From: Pecten maximus
Taxonomy: Eukaryota
Assembly (NCBI RefSeq): GCF_902652985.1
Contig: NC_047015.1
Span: forward strand, 44,454,001 to 44,518,000
DNA: 64,000 nucleotides
Direction of reading: 5' to 3'
Below the pieces are notes generated by a model. That model had not been told where the DNA came from, did no database searches, and saw only the letters and a program-made list of their open reading frames with translations. Shown here piece by piece: positions 1 to 13,505 of the stretch (the first letter of the stretch is position 1; every line of letters begins with the position of its first letter). The position numbers and the translations under genes are program-made.

Positions 1-1087
1 GTCATATTTAGTGTGGTGAAAAGGATTGCTGGGTTGTGTTGTATAACGCAGATAGGAATTCATGTCGAATGTTATAATAATTTGAGACGGATTGCTTCAC
101 TGACCATTCACTGAATGATTAAAATCCATATTCTATACCACGCTGTGGTACCATTGCCTTATTTTATTTTGGTTCCAAGTTGTATTCCCTCCTCCCCCTT
201 GCAATTATATCAGCATTGTAATAGAATGATGAATACCAAATTTAGACTTAATACATCTTTTTACACAGTACACTCCCCTAAAAAAAGACAAAAACAAAAC
301 AAAATCCATACTCCAAATAAATCGGACTTATTTGGATTTCGGTTCGTACCTGTATATGATAAGCATAATTTGTATGTACCTCGTTTGGATGACTAAAAAG
401 TCACAGAGCACTAACAACTCATACAGAAAGGTGTGAGTGACTAAATCGGATTCTCGCATGTCTCCAGTTCCCAGATATGACAGTCACGCTAGTGAAAGGT
501 CATCGTCTCGCACTTTGCAGGTAAAACTGGAAGGACAACAGCCAATCAAACATAATGATCTGTTAAACGTGTAGCATCTCTGATAACGATTCCTCGAGGA
601 TCTTTGAAATCCAATTTGTAAGTAATTAGTCGTGTCCAAATAATATTATGATCGAGGAATCGTCGTCACGTGACTTTATAATCATTTTATCCATGCGGAA
701 TCCGATACAAAAAACATTTCATCATTTACAACGTCCACAGCCTCTAAAATCGTGTTCAAATAATGTCGTTTTACGCAGCAGTTATTTGGCTTTCCCACCT
801 GATAATCTGGTGGTGATAATGGCGGTCATGTTTAGTTGACAATACATGTTGTGTACGTCTTTTTATTTCACGTTAGTTTTAGTTTTACATGTTAGTTATT
901 CAAATTAATTAATAACCAATGAAATATGACCCAGACCAAAGTATTCTGTTTCCATTGCAGAAATCACAATGGACAACAGGCTAAATTAATCCAATGTGAT
1001 GAGACCTCAAGCTAACACCATAATTTCAGTACATGTATTTAGTATAAAGATATAGACATAGAAACAATGAATAGTACCTGTTTTGAT

Positions 1088-1232
1088 ATTGTTTTTACGT
1101 CACATTAACAAAACAATTAAGGCCAAATAGCTCGGACGCTTTTACATTATAGTGCCATCACACTGAAATGTCACACCTGGAAACAAAGTGACATCTGACC
1201 CGGTCATATTATACTGACAAAGGCAAACCCGT
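1088..1232 (-). mobile_element. Degenerate SINE fragment related to the 7215-7610 element (central part plus 3' tail)
   Basis: The reverse complement reads ...gtcagtataatatgaccggg...ttcagtgtgatggcactataa...gccttaattg...tgttaatgtgacgtaaaaacaa. This parallels gttagtataatgtgactg...ttcagtgaggtagcactataa...gaccttagctgttaataggacgttaaacaa at 7355-7585. Aligned by eye. Confidence 0.45.
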
Positions 1233-1335
1233 CGGAGATCAATATCAAGGATAATCGGAAACCCGCGAGACTCTTCTCTGTCGGTTTAGCATTGTCGGAA
1301 ACCATGCAGCAAGGCTCTGCTCTTTCGTTTGACAC

Positions 1336-1562
1336 AAACAACAGAACAGTGTCTCTTGGGTTTAAACGACAGAATAGAGTCTGGTGAGTTTAAACAACAG
1401 AACAGAGTCTCGTGAGTTTAAACAACAGAACAGAGCCTCGTGGGTTTACACGACAGAACAGAGTCTCGTGGGTTAAAACAACAGAACAGAGTCTCGTAGG
1501 TTTAAACAACAGAACAGAATCTCGTGGGTTTACACGACAGAAGTGAGTCTCGTGGGTTTAAA
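1336..1562. repeat. Minisatellite, 28-bp unit (GTTTAAACAACAGAACAGAGTCTCGTGG), about 8 copies
   Basis: Unit starts at 1388, 1416 and onward; head-to-tail with no spacers. Confidence 0.9.
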
Positions 1563-2269
1563 TGAACGTCTAGTAAAGAATTCCTGTTATCAATTTTTTT
1601 AACTAGAAGTGTAAGTACTTACTACAGAGTCAAACCTGTGTAAATATCACTGGTTATTTATCTTAAAGTACATACAACGTAATAGATGCAATACTGACAG
1701 TGTACTATATACTACTTACTACACATGAATACAAGCTGACTAGACACGTGTCTCACGCTCACGCTATCTGCTAGTTATAATCTGATACTACAAATGGATA
1801 CATAGTAAAAGAATGAGCTAACAAGAAAACAGAGAATTTCTGTATACCAAATATGCATGTCGTCATGGAAATGTGAGGAAATCAATATATATTTTTATCT
1901 ATGTGATAGTAGCACTTTAAAATTGATTTAAGAAGCACATTTTCTCGTCCATAACACAGGATGGTTCTTATCATTAGGTCTATGACATCATAAAACACAT
2001 ATCTGCTGCAGGCAGACGACAAATGTCATCAACACACGAAACTTTTTTTTTTCAGTTGCGATGCAATTTTTAGATTTTCTTTCTTTCTTTCTTTTTAGCT
2101 ATTTGCATTTCATTCCTAGCAGGCAAAACGCCCCGAAGTTAGTCTTTTGTATTTTAAGGTCACATTTTAATGATAAGTTTCGTATCTATGCACTCTGATT
2201 AAAATATATTTGCTGGAATGTATTCAATCAAACTGTTTCAAATAAAACCTGTTTATACAACCACCCATT

Positions 2270-3182
2270 GTTGTTGGATGTTTGGTGTGTATTAGTTGTT
2301 GGATGTTGGGGAGTATTAGTTGTTGGATGTTTGGTGAGTATTAGTTGTTGGATGTTTGGTGTGTATTAGTTGTTGGATGTTTGGCGTGTATTAGTTGTTG
2401 GATGTTTGGCGTGTATTAGTTGTTGGATGTTTGGCGTGTATTAGTTGTTGGATGTTTGGTTTGTATTAGTTGTTGGATGTGTGATGTGTATTAGTTGTTG
2501 GATGTTTGGTGTGTATTAGTTGTTGGATGTTTGGTGTGTATTAGTTGTTGGATGTTTGGTGTGTATTAGTTGTTGGATGTTTGGTGTGTATTAGTTGTTG
2601 GATGTTTGGTGTGTATTAGTTGTTGGATGTTTGGTGTGTATTAGTTGTTGGATGTTTGGTGTGTATTAGTTGTTGGATGTTTGGTGTGTATTAGTTGTTG
2701 GATGTTTGGCGTGTATTATTTGTTGGATGTTTGGCGTGTATTAGTTGTTGGATGTTTGGCGTGTATTAGTTGTTGGATGTTGGGGAGTATTAGTTGTTGG
2801 ATGTTTGGTGAGTATTAGTTGTTGGATGTTTGGTGTGTATTAGTTGTTGGATGTTTGGCGTGTATTAGTTGTTGGATGTTTGGCGTGTATTAGTTGTTGG
2901 ATGTTTGGCGTGTATTAGTTGTTGGATGTTTGGTTTGTATTAGTTGTTGGATGTGTGATGTGTATTAGTTGTTGGATGTTTGGTGTGTATTAGTTGTTGG
3001 ATGTTTGGTGTGTATTAGTTGTTGGATGTTTGGTGTGTATTAGTTGTTGGATGTTTTGCGTGTATTAGTTGTTGGATGTTTGGTGTGTATTAGTTGTTGG
3101 ATATTTGGTGTGTATCAGTTGTTGGATGTTTGGTGTGTATTAGTTGTTGGATATTTGGTATGTATTAGTTATTGAATGTTGA
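2270..3182. repeat. Minisatellite, 25-bp unit (GTTGTTGGATGTTTGGTGTGTATTA), about 36 copies
   Basis: 25-bp period is directly visible; the order of variant units repeats at an offset of about 474 bp. Confidence 0.97.
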
Positions 3183-4810
3183 ATAACATTTATTAATTAT
3201 GGTTTAAAAAAATAAACCTAAAAACGATCAATAATATAAGGGCATCTACTTTGGTTTCATATAAAATACAATCCATCAATACAGGATACCGAAGCTAAAT
3301 ACGTCTTATGTTTCCTTGTCCTTGTCCAAATGCGTGGATATCGATCATACAGATTATGGGGATGAAATAAGAAGAAAATCAAACATCCGGTCATTAGGAG
3401 AAAATGGAGAGTGATTATACAGTGAATAGGACAGCGATTACTGTCGGGCATTATAAAATACATTCATTAATACAGCTTCTACGGAGTCGTATACACTACT
3501 TTAGCTTCCGGTCTATCTCCGGTTCCTAATACAATACATACACTATACTACACTAATTCTAATGAAGTAAAACAGGTGAGATGTTGGAGTAGTAAGGGAC
3601 ATACAGTTATATCCGTGCCGTATTGGCGGCCACACATGGATACTAGTATTGTTTGTTGTTGTGTGTAATGGCAGTTCCAAAGATCAGAGGCGAAATCGCC
3701 TGCAGACAATTACAAGTGTTGATATAGGTGCCATGATTAGTGTATGTATGTAAACACAGATCTGCAATTCCTGCAAAGCAAAATTGGTCAAGGTCATTTG
3801 TTGAAAGTCGGTACGGCTTCCTGGCGGAAGTATATTATTTCAGCGTACGGGTTGATGTTATCATTAGGGTAGAACCAAGCTCATCGTCATCGTTGACAGA
3901 TACGACTTGTCAGCAACATCTACCTTGGGCATCATTAATTATTTTGCCGTTCTCTGTGGGATTATCTTGACTAGTCAACACGACGAAGTCCACCCAATCA
4001 TATCATTGGGCTTCACCTGTCACATATTGATGCTGATGTGTTTTTTGTCTGAATAGCATGCAGGTGACGTTCATTGTCAGTGCCCAGCGTTGTAGTATAC
4101 CGGATCTATATACAGCGATCTGTCCACAACTGACGGAATTATCAATACGTTCCATCTGAGAAATCGGCCGACAGTGATACTTCAGCTTATAAAAATCGAG
4201 TATGTGTTTGGTCTGCGTGGTAAAGAAATAATTAAGTTGGTATAAAAGTGGAAATGGATTGCTTGATAATCTGTCACAACGACGACACGTTTCAACAATA
4301 ACCAGACACGCCAGTATTGGATAAGACAGATCCAACACTATCAATATACGTTTTCTTATTGAAGGTACAAAATGTCGGTCCTGGTGCTCGATCGTGATGC
4401 ACTGTTGTCTAGTTAAAGATAACCACCTTCCAATATGTTCATCTACCCGTGTGTTTACCATGTTTCAGCATTTAGTGCACACGTACAACGTATTAGTCAG
4501 AGACAAGCACATAATGGTGACTGGTAGTCATTGTACTGATGGCTGCTATGAATCCTCTGTGGGTACATGTAATGAAAAGGATCTACCACTTCATCGCCTG
4601 TGATTTGAAATATTTATGATCTTCATACTAGTTACCTGTCTCCTGTCATTGTTGTCGATTTGACTTCTATAACAATATGTATTGTAATTGTATGGATATA
4701 GTGTAGCGCCAAATTAAATGTTCTGTCTGATTTTCAGGATACCCTTGTTCTAGGGGATGGGACGTACCCGAAGTGGGACAGATAGATGAAAAAGTGAAAA
4801 TCTAGCCATC

Positions 4811-5016
4811 ATGCGTCCCGCTGTGTATGCAAGTGTGGTGCGGAACCGGAAACAGAATGCGCGACGGATACGCCTGCGCGCGCCACAATTCTCTTTACGA
4901 CGAGTGATGGTGATGGTGTTTGTAGGTGGAGCCTTATTCATACCTGGATTAATTCTTACAATTCTAGGCGTGGAAAATGAAGGGGACACAGAGAAAGATA
5001 CACCCGAAAAAAAAGT
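4811..5016 (+). CDS. Coding exon 1 of a 229-aa two-TM membrane protein (basic N-terminus, TM1, acidic loop); weak resemblance to TMEM200/TMEM171/TMEM174-type hairpin proteins
   Basis: Acceptor ttttcAG at 4736-4737 (exon starts 4738). ATG in gccatcATG context. Encodes MRPAVYASVVRNRKQNARRIRLRAPQFSLRRVMVMVFVGGALFIPGLILTILGVENEGDTEKDTPEKK. Donor GT|GTGAGT at 5017, phase 2, matches the 26054 exon. Confidence 0.8.
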
Positions 5017-7214
5017 GTGAGTAACTTTTTCGTTATGGTAAACACAGAACTTGGTACATCTATTGAACTGTATTAGTATTATAAAGTACAGCGAGTATAC
5101 GTTTAATTCAGATGTCTCCTCTCTATGTTTCCTTTGCAGCATTCTTATTATATGTGGTAATATTTGACATCGGCTCAATTTCTTTCATATTGATGCATAT
5201 CTCGAAATCATTCAGTTTATTGGATATCACTTGTTTACGATAAATATAGCAGAATACCGATTGTTACGAGTGCAGTGCAAACGCACCGTTATTCTAATGG
5301 CAGTTTGGGACCAAAAATGCCTTATAAACTTATAAACAAGATTTGTGGTCTTATGCACACCTGCCAAAACCGCAAAAATCACCCGCCCTCAAAAACAATC
5401 AGTTACACGGTATTTAGATATACTTGTGTTGTAACATGTTCCTACAGTGCGGCCCAAGGTATTGCTGGAGACACTTACATAATTGATTTGTATTGATGTC
5501 CTCTTGTTTTTATACGAAGTAATTACGCTCCCACACACACACAAAAATATATGTCCTTTCACAGTCGCCGCAAATATTACTGACTACCAATTAATATCTG
5601 TAAACTTGACAATTCCACCCGTCGGATATTACAATATGAAATGGTATATGTTTGCCAATTTCGATAAGAGCTATGTCAACATTGCGTTCACTCATCAGGT
5701 GATTCCGCTGCTTCAAAAAGGAAGCACGTGGGCACACCGGAAATACATATAATAAAGGGAGTCGAGTCGATCAATATATATTCCGGAATTTTCTGACGAT
5801 TTTGTTTCTAACGTGAACAGTTCTTTTCCATATCCATTATAATTTTATGTTTCAACACCAACGGTATGAGTATTCAGCGATGCAGTAAAATATTCAATAA
5901 ACTGTATATATTGTAAACATGTGGGTAAAATATTCTTTATCCTGATATGATAAACTTCATAATGTGAAACAAAATTTTGAATCTTTTAATAAAATATAGT
6001 TCGATATCATGCAAAAATAAAAATTAATGACGATAATAAGAATAGAATATGTTTTATCTTAATAATATGTTTCTCACAATACAGCCGTAAATCGTTCCGT
6101 TGTATAGACGTGTCTGTGCCAGTATCGGTGGATGTTCCACGTAAATTACTTGGTTGTGGTAGATTTTACGTTTCCAGAGCTCGTTTAAGTCTCCCCTCAC
6201 TTTAGAATCTCGTTGTGGAACAAAATTATTTGTACAAGAACGATATTATATACATTTAATCGGCAGGATAAAATAATCGTACTTTGAAGCAGCATGGGAA
6301 AAACTGCAAAATTACTTGCAATGTTAATACAATATGAGAAAGATTGCTGGAGTGCTTGAAGTAATGGTTGAAGTCACGCAAAGTCTAAAACTGTCTTTAA
6401 AAAGAAATCAAATGCCTTCCACGCAACAAGCTACTGCCGTATCAATTACTCAATTTAACCATGTTTTCTTTGTTTTTGTTTTTTGTTTTTTTGATTTTGT
6501 TGGGTTTTTTTTTCGATTTAGAGATTGAGTATAATTTGCGACAACTGTCCAATATGCAAGATATAAGGTTTCATGTTTCCGTTCGCACATGCGCATAATT
6601 CAGTTCCGCCGACGCAGTAAGCATTCCCGAAGAGCACAATATAGGATATGTTACATATATTGCATCCCTTGACATTTACGTGGAATTGGATTTTAATGAA
6701 AACATTGTTGTTATAACAAACTACTCTCCCTCCCCCTGGACAACTTCACGCAGGATATTAGAAACGTGATACGCTTAAACGTTATACAGCTGTCTGCTAT
6801 CTCGACAAAGTGTATCGACTACTTTGGCAGTAAATCTGACGGTATTACTTAGAATACGGTGTTATGGATCAATAATGCGTAAACATCCCATTCAATATTT
6901 GTGTATTTATGATCGCCGTCACTTCTGTCATATCAATTAGGTATACAATGTTTGGGTATGACTTGTTTTATTTCGCGATGCCACACCGTACACACCTATG
7001 ATTCCTAACCAGACGAGGGTGTTCGTAAGTTCATCATTGATTTTGTATCCATTGCACTTGATGTTTCACATGATATAGCGACGAAATACTTCTAGCCTGT
7101 CGTGGTTTCTTGTGTTGACGCGATGCTGGTCTCCGCGTATTTGGCAATGTCCAATGGCAACAACCTGTATCCCTCGTGTCGTATGCCGATATGGCTTCTT
7201 ACAATGTGGATGGA

Positions 7215-7610
7215 ACAGCACTTGCTGTTCGCCCCTGTGAGGAAGGCTTTGGGTTCTGTCCCCTGGCCGAGACATACCAGAGTCTTTAAAAATGGTAGTT
7301 GCAACTCCTGCTTAGCGCTCAGCATACAAGGAGTGGGACGACTGGTTCGCCCGTTGTTAGTATAATGTGACTGTGTGGGGTGTCCTGATGGGTGTCTTCG
7401 GCAGTATGCTTCAGTGAGGTAGCACTATAAATCGGCAAAAGTTCCGGCCTATCACAAGGAGACTTAACACGAACATACCGCAGCCTCCAAAGACACACAT
7501 ACACACTCACCACACGCATGCATGTCGCACGCACGGGGAGGCCGTCCTAAATGACCTTAGCTGTTAATAGGACGTTAAACAAAATAAACCAAACCAAACT
7601 AAACCAAAAC
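7215..7610 (+). mobile_element. tRNA-derived SINE with a Meta-domain-like core and an (AAACC)n tail
   Basis: Degenerate B-box (gggttctgtcccc). Core cataccagagtctttaaaaatggtagttgcaactcctgcttagcgctcagcat resembles the MetaSINE domain as I recall it. Tail gtcctaaatgaccttagctgttaataggacgttaaacaaaataaaccaaacc is shared with the SINEs at 23792 and 45063. The 5' boundary is approximate. Confidence 0.7.
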
Positions 7611-8339
7611 TTGCTGTTGATCCTGAAATTAAATGGCGGATCCGAATTCTCCATCACAATGCATTTGAAAATACCAACTTTAAGGCTGAAGGATACGGAT
7701 TCTTTAATCCATTCAATTCTTGAAAAAACCCGTGGCAATACAATAGGGAAAGTGTTGTTTGATTGCTGCCAGATCTTTGATTTGTGGTTTTCAGTCCACA
7801 ACATGGATGTTGTTCTGATAAGACGACATCCTATTCGCCGGTCAACATCAGGGTTTGACAGTATTACGGGGCTAATTTCAACAGGTTTGCATTAGTTAAT
7901 GGTTACTATACAAGGCGCCCTGGTCTGGACACGAACCATCAGGTCCTTCACCGGCTTAACTTCTTGATAAACCGGACCGTTTAGCATTCTCTGCTGACTA
8001 AATGGGACATAGTTCTAAACAAGGGGCACGGGATACAAACTAATTCTACCGGCGTGTTGATAAATATAAGGGCGAATTTGTAAATATTTCTCCGTTTATG
8101 AATTTAGTGTGCAAAAAGGAATTTTCTCGCACAAGATGTCCTAAGTAAACGTCATGTCCAGTGGAACCCGTTCGCAAATTAATGAACTACATGAGATAGT
8201 TCCAACCAGATGTGCACTCAATGTCTTCAATGCATTCGATTGGCTGCTTCAAGTAGCCTTGACTGGAGATGACCTTGGCGTCTATAGGTGCAATAATGGT
8301 TTCCAACGTCCATGGTTACCATGCGTTTATCACTTTATT

Positions 8340-8586
8340 GACGAGTTTCATCAATATTTCTTACCTTAAGGAAATCCCTTACCTTACGAAAAAAAACTTA
8401 ACTTAAGGAAAACGCTAAACTTAAAGAAACCCTTAATTAAGGAAAAACCCTTAATCAAAAATGTTCCAAAGGAAAGCGTTACAGAATTAAAGGAAGGCTC
8501 CTTAGCTAAGATGTTTGCCTTAAATGCTGTTCCAATTTCATATCGATATTTTAAGTTAAGGTAATTAAGTTGATGAAACCGGAGTC
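8340..8586. mobile_element. MITE-like element with imperfect terminal inverted repeats
   Basis: Left end gtttcatcaatatttcttaccttaa; right end reverse complement gtttcatcaacttaattaccttaa. Interior has repeated (c)ttaagg motifs and no ORF. Confidence 0.6.
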
Positions 8587-10189
8587 GGGTTGATAATGGT
8601 GTCTGTTTATCTTATACACAAATAGTTTTTGTTTAACCCATTTCTGACTTCCGTTTTGAATTTCCACACGCTAATAGATAACATGTCGACAAGGCCAATC
8701 TAATGGATAGCATGTCGACAGTGGTTACCAGTGTGGTAGATTTTAGAGATAACACTTCCCTGTCCATAGGAAATCACAGTTACTAGGACCCTGACCAATA
8801 TCTTCCTTGTGGGGTATCTGCCGATCGCAGCAATGACCTTTTGAACATGTTCTACTGCTGATGCATTACCGATTTTTCGGTAGAATGCCTCATTCGACAA
8901 TCACCGATTGTCTTCCTGAATATTATCTTTCCTAATCTTCTGCTGAAACTAACAGCATAGAATACCGACATTCAAGTTAAAGTAACTAACTCAAAACGAA
9001 CTCAAAATCGATGACACGAGGGCGGCTGAACCATTGAAGAAGTACAAGGACCATATGTCGGTTGGTTGCTTTGATCACAATAAAATCTATCAAAAATCTT
9101 GTAACTCCCCTTTCTCTAGATAATGTATCTTCACGCGAGGTTTGTATGATATGTGTAGTATTGAAACATGTCTGGGTGGGGGTAGCGGGATTCAGTTGTC
9201 ATTTTCTAACCAAATTAGAGAGAATCATTAGCTTTGTCGTTTTCAGCGTTGTGTATATAAAAATGGAGTCTTCCAAATGCTGCATTATTGAAATTAAATG
9301 GGATCGGACAGGATTCGGGCCATTATAGAGAAACGAGATGTTTTATACGATGAGAAATGTTTGTTTGGTCAACCTCTGATTGTGGCGTAGTCTAATATGG
9401 ATGTATCAAGGATGATGTAATGGGCATCTCGATAACCTGATATATTACCATAGTGTTGAAATTCAATTATCCATTGTTTCTGACGAAGAAATGCGCGTGT
9501 TTACTACAGGCTATGTTGTCTGTTAGATTTGAGTTACTAAGACCCGAAATCACCATCTTATGTTCAGTGACTAGTTGTAGTATATTCTCGATGCATGCTG
9601 TAGCTATATTGGGGATTGAATAAAATGAACTTGAAGTATAATCCCATATGGTACATTTCTGATTTTAAATACAACTTGCACATAAAGAACTGTCGTGTCT
9701 CTAGTTTCGTTTCCAATGCAAACAAGCAATGTCTTAACATTATGTAATCCTGGGGGATATGTAAAAATTCCGATAATGTCATCGACATAGAAGTTCCTTT
9801 TATCATCTTACGTGTATGAGGACACATACTGGCACGTGCGAATACTCAAGTGAGAAGTTTATTGGATTCTAGACTGAAATATTCATGAACGCGTACATGT
9901 GTTTAATCCATTGGGTATTATTATGAAACATTATATATGGGTTGGTTAGTAGGTATGTATGTATACATTCTATGTGTGACGTCTCGGTGAATACGCTCTG
10001 TTACCTTCTTATTACCTTCAAGGTCAAAGACTGAAATGACAACATAAAATCCGGCGTGATCAATATAAACATGTTCGCATACCACTGAGAATAAACTCCC
10101 TTAACAATTTATCGTGTTGCTTATAAGCACCAAGATCTGATGTTGATGTAGACATTGTGGAATATTTAATCATTAAATGAATTTCGTGG

Positions 10190-11268
10190 GACGTTATATC
10201 TGTCCATTTACCAGTACGTCCGTTTAGTATGGACGTAACATCCGTCCATTTACCAGTGCTTCCGTTTAGTATGGACGCAACATCCGTTCATTTACCAGTA
10301 CGTCCGTTTAGTATGGACGCAACATCCGTTCATTTACCAGTACGTCCGTATAGCATGGACGCAACATCTGTCCATTTACCAGTGCGTCCGTGGAGCATGG
10401 ACGTAACATCCGTTCATTTACCAGTACGTCAGTATAGCATGGACGCAACATGTCCATTTACCAGTACGTCCGTTTAGTATGTACGTAACATCTGTCCATT
10501 TGCCAGTGCGTCCGTATAGCATGGACGCAACATCTGTCCATTTTCCAGTACGCCCGTGGAGCATGGACGCAACATCCGTCCATTTACCAGTACGTCCGTT
10601 TAGTATGGACGTAACATCCGTCCATTTACCAGTGCGTCCGCGTAGTATGGACGTAACATCCGTCCATTTACCAGTATGTCCGTGGAGTATGGACGTTACA
10701 TCCGTCCATTTACCAGTATGTCCGTGGAGTATGGACGTAACATCCGTCCATTTACCAGTACGTCCGTTTAGTATGGACGTAACATCCGTCCATTTACCAG
10801 TACGTCGGTTTAGTATGGACGCAACATCCGTCCATTTACCAGCACGTCCGTTTAGTATGGACGCAACATCTGTCCATTTACCTGTTCGCCCGTGGAGTTT
10901 GGACGTAACATCCGTCCATTTACCAGTACGTCCGTTTAGTATGGACGTAACATCCGTCCATTTACCAGTACGCCCGTGGAGTTTGGACGTAACATCCGTC
11001 CATTTACCAGTACGTCCGTTTAGTATGTACGCAACATCTGTCCATTTACCAGTACGTCCGTTTAGTATGGACGCAACATCTGTCCATTTACCAGTATGTC
11101 CGTGGAGTATGGACGTAACATCCATCCATTTACCAGTACGTCCGTTTAGTATGGACGCAACATCCGTCCATTTACCAGTACGTCCGTTTAGTATGGACGC
11201 AACATCTGTCCATTTACCAGTACGCCCGTGGAGTATGGACGTAACATCCGTCGATTTAACAGTACGTC
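10190..11268. repeat. Minisatellite, 42-bp unit (TCCGTCCATTTACCAGTACGTCCGTTTAGTATGGACGTAACA), about 25 copies
   Basis: The ORF-track translation has a 14-aa period (MDVTSVHLPVRPFS). Each unit contains internal inverted repeats. Confidence 0.97.
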
Positions 11269-13505
11269 GTTATTGGCTAGGTAAAACGCTTTGATTAAGG
11301 TTCTAAACCGAAATATCAACCTAGCTAATCGGATATATATCGCCGGCCTGTCGATGTAAACTTAATCGTGATCAGGTGGAAAGTTAATGGTTGTTATGTG
11401 ATTGAGGATTCATTCTTCCACAGTGTCATCAGTTTTATCTTAACCCCTCTTTGGGAACTCAGCCTGATTGCGACGTCAAAATTGAGGTATTAAAGGCCGT
11501 TTAAAATTACTGTAATCATACTCCTGTCAGTCCTGTCACAACGTAAATAACTTAATCACAGATAGGATAATTAAAAGTTAATGGAAAAACAAAGACGTCA
11601 CAAACTGCATCATCGCAGGGAGAAAATGACTTGTTGACGTTTCCATGCCTGCATATTGGCGTCTCCGAATCAACAGCAATGTGACCCATATTGATCCGCA
11701 CGACTACTGCTCAAATTTTGAGATCCCACGAAAGGACTGGCCCCAAATTCAATTCATACCGTGAAGTCGCTCAGCCTAAGTTGATTGATCAGCTAATATT
11801 AACTGAAACCTGACTGAGATGTTGGCTTGTGTAGGTGTCGACATGGATTTCCTAGCGGAATCAACACTCACACACTTGTAGGCTCTGTAGTGACTGGCCG
11901 ACGATTGGTATCAATTCCCAGCTACAGCCCGGTAGGCATAGTGGCGAGAGAGACAACATTTTAAATTGAATAATTGGATTGGATATGAAAGATAATGTAA
12001 TATCAGGCCTCGGAGATCTTGTTAGCCCTGGAATATATATATTTTACACAGACGCTAGATAGAAAATGCACAGCATCTATCTGTAAGTGTTACTGTTTCA
12101 GAGTTTCCCCATTCAGACTGTATGGCATCAGGGTTCCCATGCGTCGATACGGGATCTTTGATCAAATAATCCCTAATACACAGAAATGACAAAAGTTTTT
12201 TTTTCATGTTTCGAAGACGAAAACATGAAACATGTAAGCCTTCGTCGTTAAAAGGAACCTTGTAATCTTTTTATGTATATATATATAAGCGTACGTTTTT
12301 TTTCATGATGGAAAAACAAAAAACAAAATGACTATGTCTGCAGCTTTTATTGTTGATCATACTTTCATCATGTGTGTAATATTCTCATAAAAATGTCGTA
12401 TCTCAGTATTTCTTTTTCTCCTTATATCTGTCATGGTTTGTTATTGACTGTGTAGCATTTGTTATCTATATTTGGTAAAAATCGCCATATAGACACTGGA
12501 ACATCATACATTGGAATATATGTAATGTAATTTCTACCACAATAGATGAGTGTTATTTATAACTCCCAGGACTTGTATGAACCACATTTATGTCTTTTGG
12601 TTGGTTTACTCAGTAACCTTTGACCGGGACTATCTTTTTAATCACGTGGTTTAATGTGTTTGAAACTTGAAGGCCGATTCACTGGGTCGCGAAAATGATA
12701 ACACCAAAAAGTAGTTCGAAACTTTTCTTTTGTTTCATGTGTAATAAATTGTTATATTTCCACATGTTTCTGAAATTGACAGTGTTGCATATTAATTAGC
12801 AGCATTTCAATTCAGGTCATATCCTTACGCCCCATTTGATATTGTGGGGAAAACATATTAACACAAAACAGGTCAATTCCTCCTCGGAATAGTTTTTTTT
12901 TATTGTAGTAGAAGCAGGTCGCATAAACTCGTGGTTATCTGTTGAAAATGCATGCAGCGGCTTTTTAGCCAGTTATACATAAATAGAGGTTACCCAACGA
13001 GGGGTACGGGCATTCTTTTTACTAGATACTTTTCAAAAGTTGTAAACACGAGCTTTTACTCAATAGCCACTGCATGTTTTTCAGAGATAATAAAGCCGAA
13101 TTGCAGGAAACTCTCCCCGCTACACTTTAATTATCGCCATGACAACATTCTCCCGGAACATTTTGACTATCACCATGGTAACTCTATATAATATATTATG
13201 ATATCGTCTTCCATTACATCCCATTAAGTAGAAATGGGCCCTCAATCTTCCGTAATGTACACCTCGTATAGCAATCACTGTTCATACATGTGACGTACGA
13301 ATGCAAAACATTATTTGTCATTGTTTTCTTGGCATTTTAATCACTAAGTGCTCAAAAGACCGAAATGTGCCTGGTAGAAACATGTATAATTCAGTGATAA
13401 CAGAATTTTGTTCTCGTGGCGAATAAAATACTGGCACAGAATTTTCAGTTTAATACCTGTCACCTCATTAGATTCTACAGTAAATTAAAACCAAATTAAA
13501 ACAAA

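Noticed and set aside
1336-1562. GTTTAAAC-containing 28-bp repeats that superficially resemble a CRISPR array
   Set aside because: Units are contiguous with no unique spacers, there are no cas genes, and the context is eukaryotic. The same holds for every other array here.
3480-3580. Candidate 5' non-coding exon of the TM gene (donor CAG|GTGAG at 3576)
   Set aside because: A good donor, but nothing else supports it without transcript data.
3600-4600. Possible decayed coding sequence (152-aa minus ORF); similar stretches at 8700-9400, 38700-39720 and 43680-43950
   Set aside because: No recognisable domain and stops in all frames. A translated search (BLASTx) would be needed to call these pseudogenes.
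10229-11294. 271-aa and 235-aa repeat ORFs as real proteins
   Set aside because: They follow from a 42-bp unit length, coincide with the array limits, and are broken by an internal frameshift.
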